Virus record (IMG/VR): IMGVR_UViG_3300021431_004524
Coordinates: 96,001 to 160,000 of that record
Strand: one strand, 5' to 3'
From: a virus
Lineage: Duplodnaviria > Caudoviricetes
DNA length: 64,000 nt
Shown here: piece after piece, positions 32,432 to 41,124 of the stretch
Position numbering within the stretch: position 1 is the first letter of the stretch
How the letters are laid out: each line of letters opens with the position of its first letter
Translations under genes and position numbers: made by a program
The notes under the pieces: model-generated
What the model saw: only the letters and a program-made list of their open reading frames with translations
What the model was told of the DNA's origin: nothing
Database searches by the model: none

Positions 32432-32562
32432 CAAATACGATGAACAGACTAGAAGAAATATGGCTCCTGCTAATAATAAATCTGCTTTTTATTCAGATGA
32501 AGAAAGAGAAATCGCTTTAAATTCAATTAATAATAAATAATATAAAAATATTTGTAATACAA

Positions 32563-33384
32563 ATGAAAGAGATAAAAACGCCATTACGCTATCCCGGTGG
32601 AAAAAGTAGAGTAGCCGATATGTTAGTAAATATGGCACCTAAATTCGATGAGTATAGAGAACCGTTACTTGGTGGTGGTTCTGTTTTTATTAAAATGAAG
32701 CAGAAATTTCAGAATGCTAATTATTGGATTAATGACCTTTTTTATGATTTATATTGTTTTTGGAATGAAATTAAAAATAACAAAAACGAGGTAATTAACA
32801 TTGTAAAAAAGTGGAAAGAAAACTACAAAGACGGGAGGGCATTATATAAATATCTTTGTGATAATTTGTTTACGTTTTCACCGACAGAAAGAGCGGCTGC
32901 GTTTTTTATTTTGAACAGAATTACGTTTTCTGGCACTAGTTGCAGCGGAGGGTATAGCCAAGAATCTTTTGACAAGAGATTCACTGATACGAGCATAGAA
33001 AGGGCAGAAAATATTTCTGAATTATTACGTGGAGTTAAAATTACTAATCTTGATTATGAAAGCCTACTAAATGAAGATGGGGATAATGTGTTCATATTTA
33101 TGGACCCGCCATATTATACTGCCACAAAATCGGCATTGTATGGAAAAAATGGTGATTTACATAAAGGATTTGACCACGAGAAATTTGCAAACGACGTTAA
33201 GAAATGTAAACATAAATGGCTAATTACATATGATGACTGCCAATATATACGTGATTTATATAAAGATTACACTATAATTCCATTTGAATTAATGTATGGT
33301 ATGAAAAATGTCACCAAAAATGCTGAAATGAAAGGAAAAGAAATCATGATAATAAATTATGAATTTGACACAAGAAGCGAGTAG
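32563..33384 (+). CDS. Dam-family DNA adenine methyltransferase
   Basis: RYPGGKS, EPLLGGGSV, MDPPY. Confidence 0.9.
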   Translation: MKEIKTPLRYPGGKSRVADMLVNMAPKFDEYREPLLGGGSVFIKMKQKFQNANYWINDLFYDLYCFWNEIKNNKNEVINIVKKWKENYKDGRALYKYLCDNLFTFSPTERAAAFFILNRITFSGTSCSGGYSQESFDKRFTDTSIERAENISELLRGVKITNLDYESLLNEDGDNVFIFMDPPYYTATKSALYGKNGDLHKGFDHEKFANDVKKCKHKWLITYDDCQYIRDLYKDYTIIPFELMYGMKNVTKNAEMKGKEIMIINYEFDTRSE

Positions 33385-33494
33385 AAAACCAAATTATTCT
33401 ACGGTATACAGACCACGAAAAGTCTTATATATGTCCTTATTTAGTCTACGATAAAAGAAAAAATTAATCGATTAACAAAAATTAACAGAAAATA

Positions 33495-33526
33495 TTTGGT
33501 ACTTTCAAAAATTTGTAGTACTTTTG
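33495..33526 (+). promoter_or_regulatory. Bacteroidota promoter for Y RNA / Ro60 unit
   Basis: TTTG-N20-TACTTTTG. Confidence 0.8.
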
Positions 33527-33540
33527 CAACTGAAAAACTA

Positions 33541-33692
33541 AAATAGTAGTGATTTGAGAGATACTTCGATTGGAATTGTGGGTCTGTGGTTCGAGTCCAC
33601 ATCTGCCGACAAACAGTAATAACAAACGGCAGATAGCTCAGTTGGTAGAGCAACAGTTAAGAATACACTGTCAATGATTTCCTCTATTTTTT
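33541..33692 (+). ncRNA. YrlA-like Y RNA (permuted tRNA mimic), copy A
   Basis: T arm TGTGG-TTCGAGT-CCACA precedes acceptor TCTGCCG..CGGCAGA and D arm GCTC-AGTTGGTA-GAGC; ends pair (AAATAG/CTATTT); immediately upstream of TROVE gene. Confidence 0.85.
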
Positions 33693-33747
33693 AATATAAT
33701 AAGTAAAAAATTTCTTTTAATAATAACAAATTAAATAGTGATAGAAT

Positions 33748-35412
33748 ATGGCAAAGTTTAATTCAAAGAAAGAGGCTGTAAAGCCAACAGTGATTAACGA
33801 GATGGGTGAGAAGGCTTTTGAACTTACAGCAAAGGAAAATCTCGTACAGAGTGTGTTAACCACATTCCTTCAGGGACAGTACTATGAAAGTGAGTCAGAG
33901 GAAATGAAGAAAATCCTCGATTGTGTTGAGAAGGTTGACCCATTGTTCGTGGCAAAACTTGCATTATATGCACGTAATGAGGGTAATATGAGGTCATCAA
34001 GCCATCTGCTTGGTGCAGCATTGGCAAAGCATATTGCCGGTCAGGAATATGCCGCACGTTTCTATAACAAACTCATTGTACGTCCGGATGATATGTCTGA
34101 GGTGCTTTCATGCTATGGTTCATTGAACGGTATGAATCTTACCGATAAGTCACTTCGTAAGATTCCAAACTCTATCAAGAAGGGATTCAAGGCTGCACTT
34201 GAGCGTCTCGATGCTTATCAGATTGACAAATATAAGATGAATAGCCGTCAGGTGAAACTCATTGACCTTGTTAACCTGTTGCACCCAACACCAACACAGA
34301 AGAATAAGGAGGCATATAAGCGTCTTATCAACGGTGAGTCTCTTGCTGACCTTTATGAGAGCAAGGTGTTGGAGAAGGAAATGTCAAAGGGTGGCCAGAC
34401 AGCCAAGACTGAGGAAGAGAAGACTGCCGCCAAGGAGGAAGCAATCTCTTCTGTTCTTGACAATGTTAAGGGTATGCCAATTTTCAACTTGCTTCGCAAC
34501 TTGCGTAACATTATCCTCTATGCGCCAAACCGTATCGACGATGCTATTACACAGTTGACTACAAGGGAGAAGATTGTCAATTCAAGACTGCTTCCATTCC
34601 GTTTTGCAACTGCATACAATGAAATTGAGAATATGAGTTATGAGGCAAAGAAGCCTTCATCTTCAATCGCTTTGGAAAGCGAAATCAGTAAGATGAAACT
34701 CACTCAGAACGAGTTCGCTACTATTAAGGCAAAGGTTCTTAAGGCTCTTGAAGATGCACTTGAGTATGCTTGTGAGAATATTCCTGAGTTGGAAGGAGGA
34801 ACCTACATCCTTTGCGATGACAGTGGTTCAATGAGAGGTGATATGGGTGGTCATTCACGTGTATCTGCATTCTCAAAGACGACATCATCTACAATTGGTC
34901 ACTTGTTTGCCGCAATGGTCGGTTGGAAACAGAAGGATATTTATATCGGTCTGTTCGGTGATAGGCTCATTCCAGTGGAAGTTGACCGTTCTAAGAGGAT
35001 GCTCGATTTCTGTAACTACATGGACAGTAAGGGTGGCTCATGTGGCGGTGGTACAGAGGCCGGTATTTATGACTTCCTTCGTCAGTGCATTAAGGAGAAG
35101 AAGAAGGTGGATAACGTAATCGTCTTCTCTGACTGTCAGATTGGTTCCGGTGCAGAGACCGCATGGTATGGCGTGGATAGTAGTGACCGTAGTGGACGCT
35201 TCCAGGACTTGTTCAAGGAGTTCAAGAAGATTAACCCAATGTGTAACTTCATTGTGTGCAATCTTCGTTCGGCTAAGGGCAACTCAGTATTCCACAAGTC
35301 ACAGAGAATACTTAACATCGCTGGTTGGAGTGAGAAGATTTTCGACGTGATTAAGTCCAATACCGTTGGTATGGAGGCAATCATCAAGAAGATTGAAGCC
35401 ATCGAGATATAA
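33748..35412 (+). CDS. rsr: Ro60/Rsr TROVE-domain RNA-binding protein
   Basis: KLALYARNEGNMRS, LLRNLRNI, SRLLPFRF, vWA MIDAS DDSGSM, VIVFSDCQ, IAGWSEKIF. Confidence 0.92.
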   Translation: MAKFNSKKEAVKPTVINEMGEKAFELTAKENLVQSVLTTFLQGQYYESESEEMKKILDCVEKVDPLFVAKLALYARNEGNMRSSSHLLGAALAKHIAGQEYAARFYNKLIVRPDDMSEVLSCYGSLNGMNLTDKSLRKIPNSIKKGFKAALERLDAYQIDKYKMNSRQVKLIDLVNLLHPTPTQKNKEAYKRLINGESLADLYESKVLEKEMSKGGQTAKTEEEKTAAKEEAISSVLDNVKGMPIFNLLRNLRNIILYAPNRIDDAITQLTTREKIVNSRLLPFRFATAYNEIENMSYEAKKPSSSIALESEISKMKLTQNEFATIKAKVLKALEDALEYACENIPELEGGTYILCDDSGSMRGDMGGHSRVSAFSKTTSSTIGHLFAAMVGWKQKDIYIGLFGDRLIPVEVDRSKRMLDFCNYMDSKGGSCGGGTEAGIYDFLRQCIKEKKKVDNVIVFSDCQIGSGAETAWYGVDSSDRSGRFQDLFKEFKKINPMCNFIVCNLRSAKGNSVFHKSQRILNIAGWSEKIFDVIKSNTVGMEAIIKKIEAIEI

Positions 35413-35425
35413 TCTGAATATTCAG

Positions 35426-35576
35426 AAGAACGGTTGACTGAGGGTATTTGAAAGAGAATATCTGCCACAGGGCGTTGAAAGCATGAATATAATAAACATG
35501 GATAAAGATTCAAGGCGTACAACTGTTAAGAGGAAATAAAAGTTAGAACTAGCCTGTTCCTAGCAACCGTTCTTTT
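35426..35576 (+). ncRNA. candidate structured ncRNA downstream of Ro60 gene
   Basis: 11-bp terminal helix AAGAACGGTTG/CAACCGTTCTT, inner pairings, 3' T run. Confidence 0.5.
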
Positions 35577-35616
35577 AAAAAGAAAACCTAATTTATTAAT
35601 AAATAAAGTTAAGCAT

Positions 35617-35847
35617 ATGAGTAAGAAGTTATTTAAGCGGCTGATGGCCACTAAGACCGCTGAATTGAGAAAGTGGGCAAGCAGGCATAATCTTACATTC
35701 AAGACAACATCAGAGATTGAGCGTGAAAACACTGAACGCGAGAAGGAACGGAAACGTCTTGAACGTGAGCGTAGTAGGACAGAAGGTAATGGCCGTTATG
35801 GTGGTGCCCGAGGCAAACGTAATTTTAAATCACAACGTGATGCATAA
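35617..35847 (+). CDS. small basic hypothetical protein
   Basis: 76 aa R/K-rich ORF overlapping next start. Confidence 0.5.
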   Translation: MSKKLFKRLMATKTAELRKWASRHNLTFKTTSEIERENTEREKERKRLERERSRTEGNGRYGGARGKRNFKSQRDA

Positions 35848-37303
35848 CGAAAAGGTTTTCACACCAATTTGGATGGTTAAAATTATGCTTAATAAGTTGC
35901 AGTATTTCGGTAACGGGATACTGCAAAAGCATATTATTGATAATAGTTGCGGTAAGGGTGCGTTTCTTGCTGAGATAGTAGATAGGTACTGTAAAGCATT
36001 TCTTGAGACCTACGGAACTAAAGGTAACCTTAGCCTTAAACATGAACTTGAAACATATATACACGGTATAGAAATCGATGAAACTTGTTGGGGATTGACA
36101 ATTGTTAATCTTAACCGTGTCGGGCTTAAATATGACTTGGAAAATGTAGATTGGGATATTAAGCGTGGCGATGCTCTTGAAATAGATGAATACAATGGTA
36201 AAATGGATTATGTCGTTGGCAATCCACCGTATTGTAATGTTCATGACTTCGGTGACAAATATGATGCAATAAAGAAGTTCTCTTTTTCACAAGGCGGCAT
36301 GGCAGATTTGTATCTTGTATTCTTTGAAATTGGTATAAACATGCTCAACGATACAGGAAAGTTAATTTATATTACACCAAGTTCATGGACAACAAGCATC
36401 GCCGGAAAACCATTCAGAAAATATCTTATAGAAAACGATAAACTTAGTGAAGTAATTACATTAGGACATGAGAAAGTGTTTCCGGATGCAACTACATTCA
36501 CAATTGTTACAGTTATCGAGAAAATAAAGGATATCGATGATGAACATGAAATAACATTATATAACTACGATTCAGAAAATAATTGTATCGATTATATTGC
36601 AACAAGACCGTTACATTTATTCACAGTAGGTGATTCATTCTATTTCAATGGTGATGTTGAATCAATCAGGCTTATCAAGGAAATAGAAAAGCATGACTAT
36701 GAGGATTTAGTTAAAGTGAAAAACGGTTTCGCAACACTCAATGACAAATTGTTCGTCATCGATGAAGATATACAAGAAAATGACCCAAGGTTCGGAGTTA
36801 AAGATATAATTCCGGCAATTAAGGCATCAACCGGTGAAGAAAAGTGGATGGTGTTCCCATACGATATGAAAAACGGTAATAAACCGTTTAAGTTTGAAGA
36901 ACTGTCAGATGTAACACAAAAGTATCTTCTGAAACGTGCAAGACAACTCAACATGGAAGAAAAAGGTAAGATGACCGGAGAATGGTGGCTCTATGGAAGA
37001 ACACAGGCAATTAATGACTATGGAAAGGGTAACAGATATGCTATTAATAACCTTATAAGAAATAAAGAGGATATTAAGATAAATGGCTTATTCCATACAA
37101 CCGGTGTTTATAGCGGGTATTATATCATTGCAGAAGGAAAAAAATTAACCATAGTCGATTGTATGAAATACCTATACAATGATACATTCGTAAATTATGT
37201 AAAAACACTAGGAAAATATAAGAATGGCGGCTATTATACCTTTTCTTCAAAGGATTTACAAAATTTTCTTAACTATCAAATAAAAAAATTTGATAAAAAT
37301 TGA
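35840..37303 (+). CDS. gamma-class N6A DNA methyltransferase (Eco57I/TaqI-like)
   Basis: VFTP, DNSCGKGAF, GNPPY, DLYLVFFE; ATG 35840 preferred. Confidence 0.88.
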   Translation: MHNEKVFTPIWMVKIMLNKLQYFGNGILQKHIIDNSCGKGAFLAEIVDRYCKAFLETYGTKGNLSLKHELETYIHGIEIDETCWGLTIVNLNRVGLKYDLENVDWDIKRGDALEIDEYNGKMDYVVGNPPYCNVHDFGDKYDAIKKFSFSQGGMADLYLVFFEIGINMLNDTGKLIYITPSSWTTSIAGKPFRKYLIENDKLSEVITLGHEKVFPDATTFTIVTVIEKIKDIDDEHEITLYNYDSENNCIDYIATRPLHLFTVGDSFYFNGDVESIRLIKEIEKHDYEDLVKVKNGFATLNDKLFVIDEDIQENDPRFGVKDIIPAIKASTGEEKWMVFPYDMKNGNKPFKFEELSDVTQKYLLKRARQLNMEEKGKMTGEWWLYGRTQAINDYGKGNRYAINNLIRNKEDIKINGLFHTTGVYSGYYIIAEGKKLTIVDCMKYLYNDTFVNYVKTLGKYKNGGYYTFSSKDLQNFLNYQIKKFDKN

Positions 37304-37354
37304 TACTTTTCAAAAACTACCCTATATTTATTTTTAAAAATTAACCAAATAAAA

Positions 37355-37543
37355 ATGCAGAAATCTTACATCAGCGCATCAGCAAGCAGACAATGGCTTC
37401 AGGGAACCACAACAAGTTGTTCTCCGATTAATAGTGCGTTGTATGGCAATTTTGTACCAGCATTTGAACATGGTTTAGATTATGATAAAATTGAAAAGGG
37501 TATAAAGCAGCGAAAAAAGAAAATATTAAATGTAGCCGCATAG
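37355..37543 (+). CDS. small hypothetical protein ending LNVAA
   Basis: 62 aa ORF with A-rich leader. Confidence 0.45.
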   Translation: MQKSYISASASRQWLQGTTTSCSPINSALYGNFVPAFEHGLDYDKIEKGIKQRKKKILNVAA

Positions 37544-37682
37544 GAACATTCCGATAAAACTCAATATATTTTCCCCAAAGCTGTGATGAAGACCCTAAAA
37601 AGTGAAAATCACGGCTTTTTTATATTATAATAAGGTGTATTCCTTAAAAAATATTAACAAGGATAAAAAAGTTGAGAAAATA

Positions 37683-37714
37683 TTTGGATATTTCAAAAAA
37701 AGATAGTACCTTTG
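37683..37714 (+). promoter_or_regulatory. Bacteroidota promoter of the tRNA operon
   Basis: TTTG-N20-TACCTTTG. Confidence 0.8.
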
Positions 37715-37794
37715 CATCGCAATTCAGAATTAATACTTCTGATAAAGCAAAAACGGAACAATGAGGTAGAAATACCAAATGTAAGTTTCCAAAC

Positions 37795-37813
37795 AGAGTT
37801 CTTTGACATATTG
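37795..37813 (+). promoter_or_regulatory. rrn-type boxA antitermination element
   Basis: AGAGTTCTTTGACATATTG after promoter and hairpin; near-copy at 47241. Confidence 0.65.
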
Positions 37814-38016
37814 GGACAACAAAATAAAGCAAAAAAAATCAATTCGGAGAGGATTGGTGAAAAACCACATTCATTTTTGCCTATAAGGTGACGAATTGGG
37901 GTCAGGTAGTCAGTAATTACAAGCCCACCTTACGGGATGAGCCTATAAGCAAACAAAATGAATTAGTTCAGTAAATATAAGGTAGAAATACCTAACAGAA
38001 TTCCAAGTTGAGACAT

Positions 38017-38172
38017 TCAGGTGTAGCTCAGAGGCAGAGCAACGGACTGTATACAGAGTAAACTGTAAAATCAAACTCAGCAATTAAAAATGGAAACATT
38101 AATGATTTCCCGGTTCGACTCCGGGTTGTTGGGCTAATCCGTAGGTCGAGATTTCGAAATTCTCCACCTGAG
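38017..38172 (+). tRNA. tRNA-Asn(GTT) with 84-nt insert (38051-38134)
   Basis: TCAGGTG/CACCTGA acceptor, G73, short variable loop; removing insert gives CT-GTT-AA. Confidence 0.75.
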
Positions 38173-38180
38173 CATATATA

Positions 38181-38467
38181 GAACAAGTACAGACCACTGA
38201 GTAGGAACTGGGGGAAGTGATAGGTAAATGCTAGATTCATATTTATCACGCAGACGGACTCAAAGTAGTACCGACAGACCAGTGAAAGGTGTTGGTTAGG
38301 TTAATTCCTAAAACGTGAAGAGCAGCGGATTCTGTGAAGAGCCATATGACACGGAACACAACAAACGTCGTAAAACAGCGCAAGTGCCTAATAGCGGGTT
38401 ACCTGATTAAATCTGAATAAGATGATAAAAGGTTGCAAAAGTCTGTACCTCGTCAATTTACTTGTTC
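38181..38467 (+). ncRNA. unidentified multi-helix ncRNA candidate
   Basis: GAACAAGTA/TACTTGTTC and GTACAGAC/GTCTGTAC closing helices, several internal hairpins, no plus-strand ORF. Confidence 0.5.
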
Positions 38468-38638
38468 TTTTAATTTTAAAAATAGTTAAATTTCTTAACT
38501 ATCATTTTTTGTTTTAAAAACTCCGAGGGAAGGAAATGGTTGGACTTACGGCAAATGCTAGGAACCTGATGAACCGTAAGACAAAGGTATGTTGTAGGAG
38601 TTGCAGGTGAAACGGACAACAGTGTAGGAGTTTTTTCT

Positions 38639-38711
38639 GGGGGAGAAGCTAACTTAGTAGAAGCGCTGGACTGAAAATCCAGAGGAGGTGGAGCGTAACC
38701 ACCCTCCCCCA
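38639..38711 (+). tRNA. tRNA-Phe(GAA)
   Basis: cloverleaf, CTGGA-CTGAAAA-TCCAG; atypical T loop AGCGTAA. Confidence 0.85.
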
Positions 38712-38720
38712 CTTTTTATT

Positions 38721-38888
38721 GGGAGGTTATTCCGTAAGTGGTAGCGGGGCTGACTGTATACAGAGTAAACTGAAAATCAAACTTCGTATTGGTCGAGTGG
38801 CTAAAACTTGCATACGTTGGTTCGAATCCAACATACGAAGCAAATCAGCTGCTTAACGGCTCGGGTGGTTCGACTCCATCACCTCCCA
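38721..38888 (+). tRNA. tRNA-Tyr(GTA) with 84-nt insert (38758-38841)
   Basis: GGGAGGT/ACCTCCC, long variable arm, A73. Confidence 0.8.
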
Positions 38889-39160
38889 CATCTAAATTCA
38901 GAACCTATGTTTTGCTGTGTCAGAGTAAATAAACAGTAGGTGGGATATGGTATGTCACCTTGAGAGAGGAAACAGAGAGAAAACGGCGAAATAGACGGTA
39001 GGCAAGTTCGTTCTTCGTTAATATCAGAATAAACCATTAATACTAGTTAAGGGTAATGAGGTTTTGTAGGTAAGGAAACCGCCACACTAAGTTTGGAAAC
39101 AATAAATAAGAACTAAGTGAAATGGTAAGTTGGTTTATGGATTTCCAACGTAAATTTTAT

Positions 39161-39235
39161 GGGCTGCTCATATAATGGTTATTATGCCGGCTTTGCAAGC
39201 CGGTCATCTGGTTTCGACTACCAGGCGGTCCACCA
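39161..39235 (+). tRNA. tRNA-Ala(TGC)
   Basis: loop TTTGCAA, G3-U70, encoded CCA. Confidence 0.9.
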
Positions 39236-39240
39236 TCAAT

Positions 39241-39314
39241 AGATGCTTAGTTCAGTTGATTAGAATATCGGTCTCCAAAACCGAGGGTCGGAGGTTTGAG
39301 TCCTTCAGCATCTG
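39241..39314 (+). tRNA. tRNA-Trp(CCA)
   Basis: TCGGT-CTCCAAA-ACCGA, G73. Confidence 0.9.
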
Positions 39315-39324
39315 CATTTTATAT

Positions 39325-39396
39325 GGCGCATTCGTCTATCGGCCAGGACACAAGATTTTCATTCTTGGAAGAGCAGTTCGATTCTGCTATGCGCTA
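39325..39396 (+). tRNA. tRNA-Glu(TTC)
   Basis: CAAGA-TTTTCAT-TCTTG. Confidence 0.88.
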
Positions 39397-39412
39397 CTAT
39401 TAGTTTATCAAA

Positions 39413-39485
39413 CGGGATATGGTGTTTAATGGTAGCATCCTTGGTTTGGGACCAAGTGGAGTGGTTTCGAGTACCGCTATCCCGA
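39413..39485 (+). tRNA. tRNA-Pro(TGG)
   Basis: CTTGG-TTTGGGA-CCAAG, CGG start. Confidence 0.9.
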
Positions 39486-39493
39486 CAAATGAT

Positions 39494-39565
39494 GGCCGGT
39501 TCGTCTATCGGTTAGGACACAAGATTTTCATTCTTGGAAGAGGGGTTCGATTCCCCTACCGGCTA
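39494..39565 (+). tRNA. tRNA-Glu(TTC), second copy
   Basis: same anticodon arm as 39325, different acceptor/T stems. Confidence 0.9.
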
Positions 39566-39576
39566 CTTTTATTTTC

Positions 39577-39648
39577 GCCTCCTTGGGTGAGTGGTTGAGC
39601 CACCGGTCTGCAAAACCGGGCACCCCTGTTCGAATCAGGGAGGAGGCT
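39577..39648 (+). tRNA. tRNA-Cys(GCA)
   Basis: CCGGT-CTGCAAA-ACCGG, U73. Confidence 0.9.
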
Positions 39649-39663
39649 CATATATAATTAATT

Positions 39664-39815
39664 GCCCTGTTAGCTCAATTGGTAGAGCAGCGCACTTGTA
39701 TAATGGAGTAAACCATTAATAAAAATCAAGACTATATAGATAGGTATTATAATAAGGTTCGAATCCTTTATATAGTCCAATGCGCAGGTTGTTGGTTCGA
39801 TTCCGACACAGGGCT
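39664..39815 (+). tRNA. tRNA-Thr(TGT) with 79-nt insert (39700-39778)
   Basis: GCCCTGT/ACAGGGC, U73, GCGCA/TGCGC anticodon stem. Confidence 0.8.
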
Positions 39816-39888
39816 CAAAAATAAAAAAGTTCAAATACTTGAAATATTTGAAAAATCCTTTATATTTATAATAAAGTGTAGTTCGAAT

Positions 39889-40482
39889 ATGAAGGTAAAT
39901 TGGATTAACGAAAAAGAAACTATTGAGAAACTTATAAAAGAAGGAGTATCATATGAACGTATTGGTAGGCAGTATGATGTTACAGGTGCCGCAGTTAAAA
40001 AGGCAGCAAAAAAATTAGGTATCGAACTTAAATATAGAAGGGAAATAAATCCCAACGAACATTTCAATAAAGGAGTTAAACAAATACATATTTGTTTAAA
40101 TTGTGGTAAAGAATTTGAACATAGTAGAAACACAAAAAATAAATTTTGTTCACACACTTGTCAACAGACATATCGACGTAAACAATATATAGAACGATGG
40201 AAAAATGGCGAAGAAAATGGATTAAGTGGTGAATATAATTTATCAAAAGTAATTAAACGTTATCTAATGGAAAAACATAATTACGAATGTGAGAAATGTG
40301 GATGGGGTGAAAAAAATATTTACACAAATACAATACCATTGGAAATACATCATATAGACGGTGATTATACTAACAATAAAGAAGAGAATCTACAGGTTTT
40401 ATGCCCTAACTGTCATTCTCTTACTGAAACACATAAATCACACAATAAAAAGGGCAGAAAGGGAAGAAAAAAATATAATTAA
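39889..40482 (+). CDS. free-standing HNH endonuclease (HTH + Zn finger + HNH)
   Basis: CLNC/FCSHTC, CEKC, LEIHHIDGDYTNNKEENLQVLCPNCHS. Confidence 0.9.
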   Translation: MKVNWINEKETIEKLIKEGVSYERIGRQYDVTGAAVKKAAKKLGIELKYRREINPNEHFNKGVKQIHICLNCGKEFEHSRNTKNKFCSHTCQQTYRRKQYIERWKNGEENGLSGEYNLSKVIKRYLMEKHNYECEKCGWGEKNIYTNTIPLEIHHIDGDYTNNKEENLQVLCPNCHSLTETHKSHNKKGRKGRKKYN

Positions 40483-40491
40483 TAGATAGTC

Positions 40492-40576
40492 GGCTTCATG
40501 GTGGAATTGGTAGACACGTCAGGTTTAAGCCCTGATGGGCATTGTGCCTGTTCGGGTTCGAGTCCCGATGAAGCCA
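40492..40576 (+). tRNA. tRNA-Leu(TAA)
   Basis: TCAGG-TTTAAGC-CCTGA, long variable arm. Confidence 0.9.
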
Positions 40577-40608
40577 CTGAATAATGGGTGTTTAACTCAG
40601 TGATAACT

Positions 40609-40682
40609 GTTGGCATAATTCAGTAGGTTAGAATGTCACGCTGATACCGTGAATGTGGGTGGTTCGAGTCCATCTGCCAACA
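40609..40682 (+). tRNA. tRNA-Ile(GAT)
   Basis: TCACG-CTGATAC-CGTGA. Confidence 0.85.
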
Positions 40683-40690
40683 CTTTTTAT

Positions 40691-40765
40691 AGTGCGTTAG
40701 TTCAGTAGGTTTAGAATGCCACACTGTCACTGTGGAGGTCGCCGGTTCGAATCCGGTACGCACTG
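40691..40765 (+). tRNA. tRNA-Asp(GTC)
   Basis: CCACA-CTGTCAC-TGTGG, G73. Confidence 0.9.
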
Positions 40766-40797
40766 CTTAACTATCTGATTATCAGTCAGTTATGTTT

Positions 40798-40951
40798 GAC
40801 TCCGTAGCTCAGTGGTAGAGCACCTGACTTTTTTAACGGAGAGAACCGTCTTAAACACATTTCCATGTTTAAAAGTGGTGAAACAGATGAAAGTCCGACT
40901 CTTTCACATGGAACAATCAGGGAGTCATGGGTTCAAGTCCCATCGGAGTCA
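40798..40951 (+). tRNA. tRNA-Lys(TTT) with 82-nt insert (40833-40914)
   Basis: GACTCCG/CGGAGTC, CCTGA/TCAGG anticodon stem. Confidence 0.8.
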
Positions 40952-40963
40952 CAAAGTTAATAT

Positions 40964-41039
40964 GGGACAGTTGGCCGAGAGGTTAGGCGCAGGATTGTGG
41001 TTCCTGTTTACGTTGGTTCGAACCCAACACTGCCCCCCA
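40964..41039 (+). tRNA. tRNA-His(GTG)
   Basis: CAGGA-TTGTGGT-TCCTG, G-1:C73, encoded CCA. Confidence 0.9.
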
Positions 41040-41044
41040 TAATT

Positions 41045-41117
41045 GCACCATTGGTGTTAGCGATTAGCATATCAGACTTCCAATCTGAAGGGGACAGTTT
41101 GAATCTGTTATGGTGCT
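41045..41117 (+). tRNA. tRNA-Gly(TCC)
   Basis: TCAGA-CTTCCAA-TCTGA, U73. Confidence 0.9.
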
Positions 41118-41124
41118 CTAATTT

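Noticed and set aside
37895-37930. SRP 4.5S RNA helix 8 (GGTCAGG...)
   Set aside because: No GNRA tetraloop or AGCAG symmetric-loop strand.
38017-38172. Second tRNA-Tyr(GTA)
   Set aside because: Short variable loop and G73; consistent insert boundaries give GTT (Asn).
38181-38467. RNase P RNA
   Set aside because: GAGGAAAGUCC and the 3' P4 partner were not found.
38560-38635. Hammerhead ribozyme (CTGATGA ... GAAAC ... GTA)
   Set aside because: Stem I cannot form beyond one pair and stem III is weak.
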